From Promethearchaeota archaeon (lineage in GTDB: Archaea > Asgardarchaeota > Lokiarchaeia > Sigyniarchaeales > SOKP01), in NCBI GenBank assembly GCA_016839765.1, contig JAEOTP010000007.1, positions 96,151 to 160,150 of the forward strand: a stretch of DNA of 64,000 nucleotides, in the 5' to 3' direction. The position numbers and the translations under genes are program-made. The notes below the pieces were generated by a model, which saw only the letters and a list, made by a program, of their open reading frames with translations, was not told where the DNA came from and searched no databases. Shown in pieces: positions 40,114 to 50,586 of the stretch. Position 1 is the first letter of the stretch; every line of letters starts with the position of its first letter.

Positions 40114-41637
40114 TTGTCTAAAAATAGCAAAAAGTTACCATACAAAGATCATTTTTTGTACAAGATCTTAAATCCTAAGACAATTGCAATATTTGGAGCA
40201 AATAATAACTTATTAACTACAATGGGTTCTATGCAACTTCGAAATATACGTTCTGGAAGGGGTTTAGATAATAATATTTATCCTATACATCCTCGATTAG
40301 AAAAAGTTCAAGGTTATAAAGCATATAAATCAGTATTAGATTTACCTATTGTTCCAGATATGGCTTTCTTAATATTGCCAACCAATGTAGTCCCTGAAGT
40401 CATGGAAGAATGTGGAAAAAAAGGAATTAAAAATCTTCTTATAACTTCAGGTGGTTTTAGAGAAAGTGGTACTAATGGAATTGAATTATCAGAGAAAATC
40501 GATGAGATTGCTAAAAAATATGATATAAGATTTATCGGTCCTAATTGTTTAGGCATTTATAATGGTTGGTATGGATACCCTGAAAAAGAAAAAGCATATT
40601 TTAATACGTTTTGGCCCTATGTTATTCCTCAAAGAGGAAATGTTTCAATAGTAAGCCAATCTGGTACAATTGCAGCTCAAATTTTTTGGCATGCTAAGGA
40701 AATGGGTGTTAAAATTAGCAAATCAATTTCAGTTGGAAATGAAAGAAATACTGATATGGTGGATTGCCTAGAATATTTAAAAAATGATCTACAAACGGAT
40801 GTAATAGGTATATATATCGAAGAAATAAAAAGAGGAAAAGAATTCATCCAATTAGCTAAAAATGTTACTCCAAATAAACCAATAGTCGCAATATACGCCG
40901 GAGGTACTGAAGCAGCGATAAGATCTATAATGAGTCATACGGGATCAATAGGAGGAAGTCAAAAAATATATGATTCAGTTTTTAAAGAAACAGGAATAAT
41001 TTCAACTGATCTAATATTGGATTTCCTTTATTATTTAAGAACTCTCTCTTTTGCTAAAAGTTATAATGTGTTTCCAAAAGGTAAAAGAGTAGCAATTGTG
41101 ACTGATTCAGGAGGAAGTGGGACTATGATGGCTAAAATGGCAGAAGTATATGGATTAAATGTACCTGAATTCTCAAATAGTCTTAAGGCAGAGATTTTAG
41201 AACTAATCCCTCCAACGGCAAGTGCTAATAATCCTATAGATGTAACTTTTGATGTTAATTTTATAAATTTATTTTACAAATTTCCAAAAATTCTGATGAA
41301 ATCAGGAGAAATAGATAGCATAATTGTTTATGGAGTTTTTGATTTTGATGAGGTAATGGATACTATAGAAAAATCTGGGATGATAATTGATGAAAAAATG
41401 AGAAGTATAAATATTATGGTTGATAATGCCGTATTAAAACCAATAAAACGTCTAATGAAGAAATATACTGTCCCGGTTTTTTATGCAGGACCTTTTCCTT
41501 ACAAATATTCATGGTTTCAAAAATTTATCTCTTATGATGTTCCTATTTTTGAATTATGGGATCATCCTACAAAATGCCTTTCAATTCTAACTGAATATTC
41601 AGATTATCGTTTAATGTTTACAAATCCTAAGCAATAA
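40114..41637 (+). CDS. ADP-forming acyl-CoA synthetase alpha subunit, paralog 1
   Basis: CoA-binding domain, GGFRE, GPNCLG, SQSG, SHTGS phospho-His, NPID. Confidence 0.88.
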   Translation: MSKNSKKLPYKDHFLYKILNPKTIAIFGANNNLLTTMGSMQLRNIRSGRGLDNNIYPIHPRLEKVQGYKAYKSVLDLPIVPDMAFLILPTNVVPEVMEECGKKGIKNLLITSGGFRESGTNGIELSEKIDEIAKKYDIRFIGPNCLGIYNGWYGYPEKEKAYFNTFWPYVIPQRGNVSIVSQSGTIAAQIFWHAKEMGVKISKSISVGNERNTDMVDCLEYLKNDLQTDVIGIYIEEIKRGKEFIQLAKNVTPNKPIVAIYAGGTEAAIRSIMSHTGSIGGSQKIYDSVFKETGIISTDLILDFLYYLRTLSFAKSYNVFPKGKRVAIVTDSGGSGTMMAKMAEVYGLNVPEFSNSLKAEILELIPPTASANNPIDVTFDVNFINLFYKFPKILMKSGEIDSIIVYGVFDFDEVMDTIEKSGMIIDEKMRSINIMVDNAVLKPIKRLMKKYTVPVFYAGPFPYKYSWFQKFISYDVPIFELWDHPTKCLSILTEYSDYRLMFTNPKQ

Positions 41638-41741
41638 TCTTATCAAAATTAGCCTTGCTTGAGTATATAAGTAAAATAAAAATTCAAATTAACCTATTAA
41701 TTTTTCAAATCAATATTAGTTATTTTTTTATTTTATAAAAA

Positions 41742-43247
41742 TTGACAGAAATTAATGAAAATCCGTTAATGGATCATTTTTTACATCCATTTCTCAATCC
41801 AAAAAGTATCTGTGTGTTTGGAGCTAACAATGAATTTCTATCCACAATGGGTGCAATGCAACTTAGATATATTATCTTTGGAGGCTTTCCAAGAAATCAA
41901 ATTTTTCCTATACATCTGCGACTTGAAGAGATTCAAGGTTTAAAGGCCTATAAAAGTGTTTTAGATTTACCCGAAACTCCAGAATTAGCTTTTATAATTC
42001 TACGTCCAGATATCGTCCCCCAAGTTCTTGAAGAGTGCGGACAAAAAGGAATAAAGCATGTTATTATAACTTCGGGGGGATTTCGGGAGATTGGGAACAT
42101 CAATTTATATAAAAAAATAGTCCAAATTGCGAATAATTATAACATTAGATTTATTGGTCCCAATTGCCTTGGTGTGTATAATGCTTGGTATAGATTTCCA
42201 GAATTAGAAGATGCTTGCTTTAATACAATGTGGATTTATGCTACACCAGAAAAAGGTAATATTTCGATAATAGGTCAATCAGGAACAGTTGCATCACATA
42301 TTTTTTGGATATGTCGGGAAATGGGTGTTAAAATTGGGAAATCAATTTCAATTGGAAATGAGGACAACATCGATACAGTCGATTTCCTAGAATATTTTCG
42401 AGAGGACCCACAAACTAATGTGATCGGGATCTATATTGAAGAGATTAAGAGAGGAAAGGAATTTATTGAGCTTGCTAAAAAAGTTGTACCTGAAAAACCC
42501 ATTATAGCGATTTATGCTGGTGGTACTGAAGCGGCATCAAGATCAATAATGGGCCACACAGGTTCAATTGCTGGAGATGACAAAATTTTTGAATCTGTAT
42601 TTAAAGATACAGGGATAATCTCTACAATCTCAATTAAAGATTGGATGTATTATTTAAGAACATTTTCAACTGGGATATTTCCTAATGGAAATAGATTAGG
42701 CATAATAACTGATTCTGGTGGTTGTGGAGCAATGATGGCTAAAGCTAGCGAGAAACTTGGCTTGAACGTTCCAGAATTTTCAGAGGAGTTAAGGTCAAAA
42801 TTAAAGAAATATGTCCCTGACGTGGCTAATATTGATAATCCACTAGATTTAACTTTCCAATTCAACCAATATAACTTGTATATCAAAATTCCTAAGCTAA
42901 TGATTAACTCAGGAGAAGTAGATGGAATTATCCTCTATGCGGTATTTGGTTTTGAAGAAGTATTGGATATAATTAAGGAATCGGGCGGTAAAACGTATGA
43001 AGAGTTTGATATTTCAAATGATATGATGAAACGAATCTACTTAAAGCCAATTCAACGATTAGTAAGGAAAAAAAAAGTACCTATTTTATATATAGGGCCA
43101 CAAGGATATAATAATCCATGGGTAAGAGAATTTATTAAAGCGAATCTCCCAATATTCGATTTATGGGATATGCCTGTGAAGTGTTTTGCAGTATTAGCAA
43201 AATATTCAAAATATTGCAAAAAATTATCTACAGATCTTAGACAATAG
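41742..43247 (+). CDS. ADP-forming acyl-CoA synthetase alpha subunit, paralog 2
   Basis: GGFRE, GPNCLG, GQSG, GHTGS, NPLD; tandem duplicate of the upstream gene. Confidence 0.88.
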   Translation: MTEINENPLMDHFLHPFLNPKSICVFGANNEFLSTMGAMQLRYIIFGGFPRNQIFPIHLRLEEIQGLKAYKSVLDLPETPELAFIILRPDIVPQVLEECGQKGIKHVIITSGGFREIGNINLYKKIVQIANNYNIRFIGPNCLGVYNAWYRFPELEDACFNTMWIYATPEKGNISIIGQSGTVASHIFWICREMGVKIGKSISIGNEDNIDTVDFLEYFREDPQTNVIGIYIEEIKRGKEFIELAKKVVPEKPIIAIYAGGTEAASRSIMGHTGSIAGDDKIFESVFKDTGIISTISIKDWMYYLRTFSTGIFPNGNRLGIITDSGGCGAMMAKASEKLGLNVPEFSEELRSKLKKYVPDVANIDNPLDLTFQFNQYNLYIKIPKLMINSGEVDGIILYAVFGFEEVLDIIKESGGKTYEEFDISNDMMKRIYLKPIQRLVRKKKVPILYIGPQGYNNPWVREFIKANLPIFDLWDMPVKCFAVLAKYSKYCKKLSTDLRQ

Positions 43248-43342
43248 CACGAACATTGTATTTTAAAATAATATTATAATACAATTATTCTCTTATTTTT
43301 AAAAAAGAACATATTTATAACTTTAAGTTCAATAAACTTAAA

Positions 43343-43411
43343 GAGATTTGGGCAGAATTTAAAGGGAGATATAAAGGTTCTACTTTTTTCGTCACACTCC
43401 CTAATAAGTAA
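43343..43411 (+). pseudogene. Remnant of a sensor histidine kinase C-terminus (HATPase_c)
   Basis: Frame reads EIWAEFKGRYKGSTFFVTLPNK*, matching the IWAES..G.GSTF.FTLP terminus; no upstream kinase sequence. Confidence 0.6.
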
Positions 43412-43559
43412 TGAGGAATAATAAATTGAATTGAATCAAAATAAATTAAAAATTAAAAAACGGCAATTCCTATTCCACTAATTTTTTATATGATTTCTAT
43501 TCTATTATAATTAGGATTTTTCATATCATAATAAAAAAAATAAAATGTGATACTTTTAT

Positions 43560-44558
43560 TTGTCGTTAGATTTCTTCAATCCTCCATCTGCGATTTTAGC
43601 TTCCGGTAGTAAGAAAGGTGTGGATATCGGAGGCTCAAAATTAATTGTGAGTATTGATAGTAATCATAATTTTTATAATGAAGGCTTAATTTACACAGAA
43701 ATGTCTTGGGCTGCTTTTTATGAAGAAAAAGGATTAGAAGATCAAATAGACACATTTACAACTACAGAATTTGATTCAATCCGCGAAAATCCTGATGCTT
43801 TAAATGATGCAATTATCAAAACCATTTATCAAATAATTAACAACAGGAAGATATTTTATGGTATTGCTGATTTTGAAGTGGATGCTTTTCTAGATGCAAA
43901 TGTTTCAGTTGTACCCAGTTTAAAACTAGATTATAAAATTATAAATAAATTAATGGAGGCTCATAAAACATCTAGAGAAAAAGAACTGTTTCCAAACATT
44001 CTGAATGAAGAAGGAGTAAGAAAAATAAAGATTGAATTTCAAGGGACTAAAAGGGATAATATACACTTAAAAGGATCAAATTTAGAAGATTTAATAAATA
44101 AATTACGATTAGCAAAAGGTTTTGCTGTGGGATTAGTTTGTACTTCTAGAAATGCTGCAAACCTCTATATCATGAGTGATAATATAGTTTTTAATAAGAA
44201 TGAATTTCCTGAGATCTATATTGATGAAGAAAATATTAAAATCATTGAATATGGAATAAAGAAAAAAATATTATTTCCAATTAGTTGGTTTCGATTAGAT
44301 GTGGGAATACGATCGTTGGAAACCTTAGAATTATGGAACACTATAAAAGATAATTCCGAATTAAATAAAGCATTAAGTCATTATGAACGTTACATAAATG
44401 CTTTAGTTTATAAAAAATTCAAACCTGTAGCAGAATCACAAAAGATTGGCGTCAATTTGGAAGAAGATTTTTATACCATGACTCCAAAAGAAAGAAAAAG
44501 AGCCTTAAAGGATATGGAGGAAGCAATAAAAACCCTTACAGAACACTATAAGGACTAA
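43560..44558 (+). CDS. Hypothetical protein (332 aa)
   Basis: Long ORF, TTG start; no family recognised. Confidence 0.7.
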   Translation: MSLDFFNPPSAILASGSKKGVDIGGSKLIVSIDSNHNFYNEGLIYTEMSWAAFYEEKGLEDQIDTFTTTEFDSIRENPDALNDAIIKTIYQIINNRKIFYGIADFEVDAFLDANVSVVPSLKLDYKIINKLMEAHKTSREKELFPNILNEEGVRKIKIEFQGTKRDNIHLKGSNLEDLINKLRLAKGFAVGLVCTSRNAANLYIMSDNIVFNKNEFPEIYIDEENIKIIEYGIKKKILFPISWFRLDVGIRSLETLELWNTIKDNSELNKALSHYERYINALVYKKFKPVAESQKIGVNLEEDFYTMTPKERKRALKDMEEAIKTLTEHYKD

Positions 44559-44562
44559 AAAG

Positions 44563-44868
44563 TTAACCCTTTAATATTTTTGGAGCTTTGAAAAAGCCAT
44601 CCTTTTTATGTTCAGCATTCTTTAATGCTTCTTCATTACTCAAGGATTTTTTAGGTATGTCTTCTCGAAACACATTTTGTAAACCCTCGATGGGATGGGT
44701 CATTGGTTTAATATTTTCAGTATCTAAATCATTTAATTTATTAAAATAAACCAGAATCTCACTCAATTGCTTGACTAACTTGCTTTTTTCTTCTTCTTTT
44801 AAATCTAATAAAGCTAATTTAGAGATATATTCTAAAGTATCTTCGGAAATTTCTTCCTTTTCTGGCAT
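44563..44868 (-). CDS. gatC: Asp-tRNA(Asn)/Glu-tRNA(Gln) amidotransferase subunit C
   Basis: ISKLALL, DTENIKPMTHP, NVFRED, ALKNA, DGFFKAPKI. Confidence 0.92.
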   Translation of the reverse strand: MPEKEEISEDTLEYISKLALLDLKEEEKSKLVKQLSEILVYFNKLNDLDTENIKPMTHPIEGLQNVFREDIPKKSLSNEEALKNAEHKKDGFFKAPKILKG

Positions 44869-44952
44869 AATGAAAATGAAAAGTATTCATTTGATTATTT
44901 TCTATAAAATATAATAATAAGAAATTTTTATCTATTACTTTTTTAATATAAT

Positions 44953-45306
44953 ATGAATGATAAAGAAGATCTAAGGAATGAAATACCCGAATATGTTTAC
45001 ATTGCCCTTGCGCGTAGGGGAATGGAAAAGATTTCATTAGACCAATGCTTTTTAAAAAATTGTGATAATGAGGACCCAAAGTTGTTAGAACCTTTCAAAA
45101 AGGAAGAATATGAAGAAGTTAACAAACAAACTAAAAAGATCTATATTAAATGTAAAAAATGTAATGGTATTTTTATATTAAAACTAGAAACTTTAAAAGA
45201 AGTAGCCAAATCTACTAAACATGAAGGAGAAGAACCTTTATCTATGGGTTTAGTTTATGCATTAGACGAAAAAGGAAAAAATTTAGGACATATTGGTTAT
45301 TTTTAA
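44953..45306 (+). CDS. Small putative zinc-binding protein
   Basis: C-x4-C and CKKC; ends GHIGYF. Confidence 0.6.
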   Translation: MNDKEDLRNEIPEYVYIALARRGMEKISLDQCFLKNCDNEDPKLLEPFKKEEYEEVNKQTKKIYIKCKKCNGIFILKLETLKEVAKSTKHEGEEPLSMGLVYALDEKGKNLGHIGYF

Positions 45307-45446
45307 AAGTATTCTCTTTTATATTTTCATGATGATATAACTTTTTTAATGTATTTTGATAATTACTTATAGATAATACATAAAATAGAATTAAATACTC
45401 ATACTCATTTTAAATTAATATTAAAAACTCGAAGAAAATAACGTAT

Positions 45447-47174
45447 ATGTCGAATAAGTTAGGAGAAGAAAATCTATTAAGGAAAAAGGTATGGAAAATA
45501 ATCAATTTGATACAGGCAAATCAATTATTCGTCCATTCTAAAAATTTGGAAATTAAATACTTCAACGAGGATAGTGAGCAAGTAAAGACACAGATTTTAC
45601 CTGAAATATTATCCCTCTGTGTATTAAATGCATTAGTCCCGAATTCAGCAATGCTACTGATCGGAGGTCATGGTGGAGGAAAAACAACTATTTGTAAATT
45701 ACTGGGACGTATGTTTACTGGAAGTTCCCTTCAAGAAATTGAAAATTCAATTATTAGAGGCCATCCTCAACTTACAGAAGAAAAATTAGTTGGTACCCTG
45801 AAATTAGGAAAATTGATGCATGATGGAGAAGAAGTAGTTGTTTGGCGACAATTCATAACAAATTTTTGGAAAGTTATTGATGAAGTTAATAGACTAACCC
45901 CTTATGCGCAAGATATATTGTTATCTCTTCTTGCTGAAGGGACTGTTAAGTATTACGATGAAATTACTACTATTCAGAAGTATTGCCTATATGCTACCAT
46001 CAACCCTCAAGATGTTGGTACATTTGAATTATCTCAACCATTTTTAGACAGATATGGTATATCCGTTCCAATATCAATGCCAACCAGCTCCGATTTAGAG
46101 CTAATATTGAAGGGAAAAGATGAAAAATATAGTGGTTGGGATGAATTAATTCAAGTCCCTAAAGTTTTAACAATTGACGAACTAATGGAGATCTGGTATT
46201 TTGTTAATAAAATACCTTTTGAAAATAAGGTCAATAATTATATCCATGCCATTGTAAGAGAGTTTACTCTCTGTGATCGAATTGATAAAGGAAACTCAGA
46301 GAACCTTAAGCCAAGTAAAGGACTATGCTCAGGGTGCCACTTTGACACAACACAGAATATTTGTAATAAAATAGATTCAATACTAAGCGTTAGAGTAGCA
46401 AAAGACTTACTAAGATACTCTAAAGCCTTAACATGGCTGATGAATTTAAATAAAATAGATGTTAATATAGTAAATACTATAGCTCCTTATGTAATTTCCC
46501 ATAGGGTTATCTATTCAAATAGGGAGTTGGATAAAGCACCTTACTGGGGAAATAGATATGAATTCTCAAGAGGAATTTTGAATTTAATTCAAAAGAAGTT
46601 TATTAACCGTGAAATATGTTATCAAATAACAGAAAAATTTAGGGATGGAATTGCTGAAAAAGAAGAATTAACTACATTAAAAAATTACAAAAAGAATGAT
46701 TTAATCGTAAAGTTTGATTTACTCCCCTTTGTTAATAATGTCAATGATAAGAAATATTCAACTTTAGCTCAAAAAATAATAAATTCTGCAAAGAGAGGGA
46801 ATATTAAAGAATTAGCTGAATTAAGGAATACATTGACCGAAGATATGACTTTTCCGAATAGAGCTTATTTAATAAATTTATGTAATCAAGAACTTTATAA
46901 ACAAACAGTTACAGATTATGTTTTTAAATATATGAATCGAGATGAAGTATGGGCAGATATAGCTGCAGAATTTCCAAATTTAGATAAGCCTATAAAAGAA
47001 GCTCTAATTAGAAGACAAACAAAGCAAATTAGAACCGAAGATTTATTAATAGAAATCAATGTAAGTGGAATAAATGAGGATTCCTTAGTAAATATTCAGA
47101 TATCTGGGGGTAGTGAAGCCTTAAAGTTGAGATCTATATTAGATAATTTAAGTTATATTCAAAAAGAGGAATAA
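45447..47174 (+). CDS. MoxR-family AAA+ ATPase
   Basis: Walker A GGHGGGKT, Walker B IDEVNR, ATINP, FLDRY, SVR. Confidence 0.88.
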   Translation: MSNKLGEENLLRKKVWKIINLIQANQLFVHSKNLEIKYFNEDSEQVKTQILPEILSLCVLNALVPNSAMLLIGGHGGGKTTICKLLGRMFTGSSLQEIENSIIRGHPQLTEEKLVGTLKLGKLMHDGEEVVVWRQFITNFWKVIDEVNRLTPYAQDILLSLLAEGTVKYYDEITTIQKYCLYATINPQDVGTFELSQPFLDRYGISVPISMPTSSDLELILKGKDEKYSGWDELIQVPKVLTIDELMEIWYFVNKIPFENKVNNYIHAIVREFTLCDRIDKGNSENLKPSKGLCSGCHFDTTQNICNKIDSILSVRVAKDLLRYSKALTWLMNLNKIDVNIVNTIAPYVISHRVIYSNRELDKAPYWGNRYEFSRGILNLIQKKFINREICYQITEKFRDGIAEKEELTTLKNYKKNDLIVKFDLLPFVNNVNDKKYSTLAQKIINSAKRGNIKELAELRNTLTEDMTFPNRAYLINLCNQELYKQTVTDYVFKYMNRDEVWADIAAEFPNLDKPIKEALIRRQTKQIRTEDLLIEINVSGINEDSLVNIQISGGSEALKLRSILDNLSYIQKEE

Positions 47175-47185
47175 ATTAAGATTTT

Positions 47186-48850
47186 ATGTTAAACGGAAAA
47201 CATACAAACGGAAGAAAAAACTTAAAGCAAAAGGAAAAAGAATTAGTTGAATTAGCGCATATAGCTTGGAATAAAACATTGAAAGAGTATTATTATCCTC
47301 CATTAAATGAACCTAATTTTGTTTTTGATTATACACATAAAGAAGGTTTTTATATTGATCCAGATCATCAATGGCAGATTACTATGAATTTATCTAATAT
47401 ACCACTTTTAGCAGATCGTAAAGATTATATAAATTATTTTCATGCTATCTCCCTACATGAAGTCTCACATTATGTTATAATCCCTTATGATGGATTTATT
47501 AATGCGAAACTATTAAAAGCCGCCATGAAACATGTAAATAGAAATTATGCTCCAATCATCGTAAATCTTTTTGCTGATCTCATTATTGATACTAAATTAT
47601 ATAAAAAATATCCCGAATTGATTTATTGGGAGCTAAAAAAAACATACCAACATATTCAAGCTAATTATAAAAATAAATTAAGTGAATTTACCAGGTTTTT
47701 ATTTCACACTTATGAGCACATTTTGGGTGTAGAATTGTTAGAAAACCATCCTAATTCTTCAATAATTAATTTAGCTGAAAAAGTTGCTGATATTGTATTA
47801 AAAAAGTTTGAAGATGATACTTTATGGGAAAAAAAGGTTGAAAAAATTGCAAATATCTTGAAAGATTTAATTTCAAACACCTTTACCTTAAAAGGTTCAG
47901 GAAAAACTATAGATTTTCCAGAAGATATTTTAGAAATTATGGATAATCCATTAGAAAATAAAAATTCAGATAAGATAAAAGAGAAAGATGAAGAAGAACT
48001 ACGACAAAAAGCAGAAAAATTTGCTAAAGAGACACCATATTCTGAATTTGGAGCGCCAGCTAGTCAAGCTGGTTTATTAATTGATAAAAATCCTTTAGCG
48101 ACATGGTATCGAGGTTTGGCAAGAAATTTAATTGAAATTAAAATTTTTGAAGAAAAATCAGGAGGTAAGATGCCTGTTTATCCTGAACCGTGGCGAGTTG
48201 GCGAACCAATAGAAGAATTGGATGTAGTACAAACAGTGTTGACAAGTCCAATAATTATCCCAAATATCACTACTAGAAAGTGGTCTAAAAAAGAAGGTTT
48301 AGGATATTTAATCGAGAAACAGATTCCTGATTTACTATTAGTTATTGATTCATCAGGATCTATGAATTGGAATTATTCAACTAAAAATCCGAGAGGCCAA
48401 TATCATACTGCTTTAGTTGCTTCATTTGCGGCACTTCATTATGCTGCTAGTAGAGGTATAAAATTTAGCGTAATCAACTTTTCTAATAAACCAGACATTT
48501 GTGAATGGACTAAGAACTATCATGATGCAGAGAGAATTTTATTGAAATATCAAGGTGGTGGCACACAATTACCTGTTAATGCTGTTTTTAAGCAATGTAA
48601 AAAAGCCGAGAGAAAGGTTTTGGTTCTTATCATCACTGATTTTGCAATATATAATTGGGGCGCTGCTAAAAAAACTTTAATAGAATTATCAGAAATAGGT
48701 CATAAAATTGTAGGTTTTTTTATAGGTTCCGCTAAGATACCTAAAAGTCGATTTAAGAATCTCCTCGATAAGGTCACTTTTTATGCAATTAAAAATGAGA
48801 AAATGCTAATTAACTTGGTAATTGAAGAAGTAAAAAAGTATTACTTATAA
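47186..48850 (+). CDS. vWA domain protein with N-terminal HExxH metallopeptidase-like domain
   Basis: LHEVSH; MIDAS DSSGS...GGGT...ITD; 11 bp after the MoxR gene. Confidence 0.85.
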   Translation: MLNGKHTNGRKNLKQKEKELVELAHIAWNKTLKEYYYPPLNEPNFVFDYTHKEGFYIDPDHQWQITMNLSNIPLLADRKDYINYFHAISLHEVSHYVIIPYDGFINAKLLKAAMKHVNRNYAPIIVNLFADLIIDTKLYKKYPELIYWELKKTYQHIQANYKNKLSEFTRFLFHTYEHILGVELLENHPNSSIINLAEKVADIVLKKFEDDTLWEKKVEKIANILKDLISNTFTLKGSGKTIDFPEDILEIMDNPLENKNSDKIKEKDEEELRQKAEKFAKETPYSEFGAPASQAGLLIDKNPLATWYRGLARNLIEIKIFEEKSGGKMPVYPEPWRVGEPIEELDVVQTVLTSPIIIPNITTRKWSKKEGLGYLIEKQIPDLLLVIDSSGSMNWNYSTKNPRGQYHTALVASFAALHYAASRGIKFSVINFSNKPDICEWTKNYHDAERILLKYQGGGTQLPVNAVFKQCKKAERKVLVLIITDFAIYNWGAAKKTLIELSEIGHKIVGFFIGSAKIPKSRFKNLLDKVTFYAIKNEKMLINLVIEEVKKYYL

Positions 48851-48878
48851 TATCAATAAATATAATGAAATCATTCAG

Positions 48879-49142
48879 TTATTTTTGTTTATTAACATCT
48901 CGCAGATATATTTTCATGAAATATCTCTGACTTTCACAGTACATTAATCTTTGTTTTGGATTTAAGTGTGCGCATCTTTGTAATATAGTTTGGATTTCTT
49001 CGAGTAGTTTAAAGTTATCAATTCTGGTTTTTTCTCGTAATTCTCTAATTTCGGATTGTATTTCATTACTGATTGTTGAATCATTAAACAAATCTTTAAG
49101 GCTGAGAACTGGGTCAGATTCACCTATTTTTGTACTAATCAT
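48879..49142 (-). CDS. Hypothetical protein
   Basis: ORF track 48879-49211; internal ATG 49142 (MISTKIG) lies downstream of a TATA-like element. Confidence 0.5.
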   Translation of the reverse strand: MISTKIGESDPVLSLKDLFNDSTISNEIQSEIRELREKTRIDNFKLLEEIQTILQRCAHLNPKQRLMYCESQRYFMKIYLRDVNKQK

Positions 49143-49237
49143 AAGCTTTACTTTTAAAGAACGTGTTTTATATAAATATGTGGATATTTTCCACGTATAT
49201 ATAAAGAACATATAAGTTCTTCTTTTGAAGTTAAGTG

Positions 49238-49260
49238 ATATGCAGATGTTATCTGCATAT
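49238..49260. promoter_or_regulatory. Perfect 10-bp inverted repeat (operator or hairpin)
   Basis: ATATGCAGAT-GTT-ATCTGCATAT in the intergenic gap. Confidence 0.5.
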
Positions 49261-49346
49261 TTTAAAAAAATGATAATGCTGATTACAAGGCGATCACAAC
49301 AAAATTTTTTAGTTATTGTTGATAAATGAATAGCTGATTGGCTTTA

Positions 49347-49994
49347 TTAAAAATTTTTGTCGACCCATTCTTCAAATTTTACGTTTCTAAGTTGCTCAGC
49401 CCATAATACTTTAATATTTGGCTCCTGTGGTAAGAATTTCTCATTTTTCAGAAGTTCATACAATTTTTCAACAGCTTTTTCAACTAATATTTCATATAAA
49501 GGAATCTTTTCTTTAATCTCAGCCATATGTTTTTCCATTTCATTTTTTGTTTCTTTTATGATCTTAATCCATGCTTGTGAGAACTTACTTATGTAATTAT
49601 CGATTTCAGCCAAATTTTCGAACTTTAAAATAGGAAAAGACAGTTTATATTTGTCATTGCTTTTATATATTAAATGATACCATTCTAAATTTAACAGATG
49701 ATTTTCTAATGTCTCTCTAGTCCATTGATAACTCACCTGACAGTCATATTCATCCTTAGTAATAAGTAAAGGTTTTGGAGAAAAATTTATAATATCATAA
49801 AGTTCATTAAATGATTTTGCTCCATCTGCTAAGAATATTAGGATCTCTCTTCTAACTCTATTTTCTAAAACCCATGGTATTTCTCCCTCATCCCATGGCT
49901 TAATAGAGGCAAAATCAAACCAAGGTTGGATCTCATCAACATGAATTTTTCCAACAAACTTATAATTATGATATATTGTATTTTCTTTCATCAT
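49347..49994 (-). CDS. Winged-helix (ArsR-like) putative transcriptional regulator
   Basis: LENRVRREILIFLADGAKSFNEL..TLENHLLNLEWYHLI. Confidence 0.6.
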   Translation of the reverse strand: MMKENTIYHNYKFVGKIHVDEIQPWFDFASIKPWDEGEIPWVLENRVRREILIFLADGAKSFNELYDIINFSPKPLLITKDEYDCQVSYQWTRETLENHLLNLEWYHLIYKSNDKYKLSFPILKFENLAEIDNYISKFSQAWIKIIKETKNEMEKHMAEIKEKIPLYEILVEKAVEKLYELLKNEKFLPQEPNIKVLWAEQLRNVKFEEWVDKNF

Positions 49995-50019
49995 TACTTC
50001 CTTAATTTTTAGATTTTGA

Positions 50020-50538
50020 TTATAACACTTTCACTATTTCAGGGACTAATAACCATCCCTTTCTCCCGTGTATAATTTTTCCCTCTTCATCTATTACAAA
50101 TTGGCCGGGTCCCTGTTTTTCCCATCCTTCATATTCTCCATGTTCTATACCTAATTTCATTGCTTCTTTTAATTTACTTCTAACTTCCGCTACTGCGCCT
50201 GCTGTCATTAACCCCAAACCATACTCTGCATACAATTCATCTTTAGAGGAGGGAATGACTGGAAAGTCTATTTTATATTTATCTATATATTCTTTGGCAA
50301 CTTTTTCCCCTGATTGAGTTATATACAAGATTTTTGCTCCTTTTACTCTGATTTTATCTATATCTTCTAGAAAGATATTAAGATCTAATTGACAAATTGG
50401 GCATCCAAAATAACGAGAAAAAATTAAAACAATTTTTTGTTTACCAATCAATTCTTCTAAATCAATTATTCCAGCATTATAGGATTCTACTTTAAATAAT
50501 GGAGCATAATCTCCCTCTTTAATCTTCTCTTTATCCAT
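50020..50538 (-). CDS. Peroxiredoxin-like (AhpC/TSA) thioredoxin-fold protein
   Basis: GDYAPLF, FSRYFGCPIC, LYAEYGL, QGPGQFVID..G.I. Confidence 0.82.
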   Translation of the reverse strand: MDKEKIKEGDYAPLFKVESYNAGIIDLEELIGKQKIVLIFSRYFGCPICQLDLNIFLEDIDKIRVKGAKILYITQSGEKVAKEYIDKYKIDFPVIPSSKDELYAEYGLGLMTAGAVAEVRSKLKEAMKLGIEHGEYEGWEKQGPGQFVIDEEGKIIHGRKGWLLVPEIVKVL

Positions 50539-50586
50539 TTTAATTCATCTTTTATTATTAATCATATAGTTTAAATTTTCATTAAT

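Noticed and set aside
44953-45306. C-terminal GYF as a proteasome-docking motif
   Set aside because: Three residues alone are not enough evidence.
49204-49221. LexA/SOS box
   Set aside because: Spacer is 6 nt rather than 4, and archaea lack a canonical LexA regulon; kept only as a generic palindrome.
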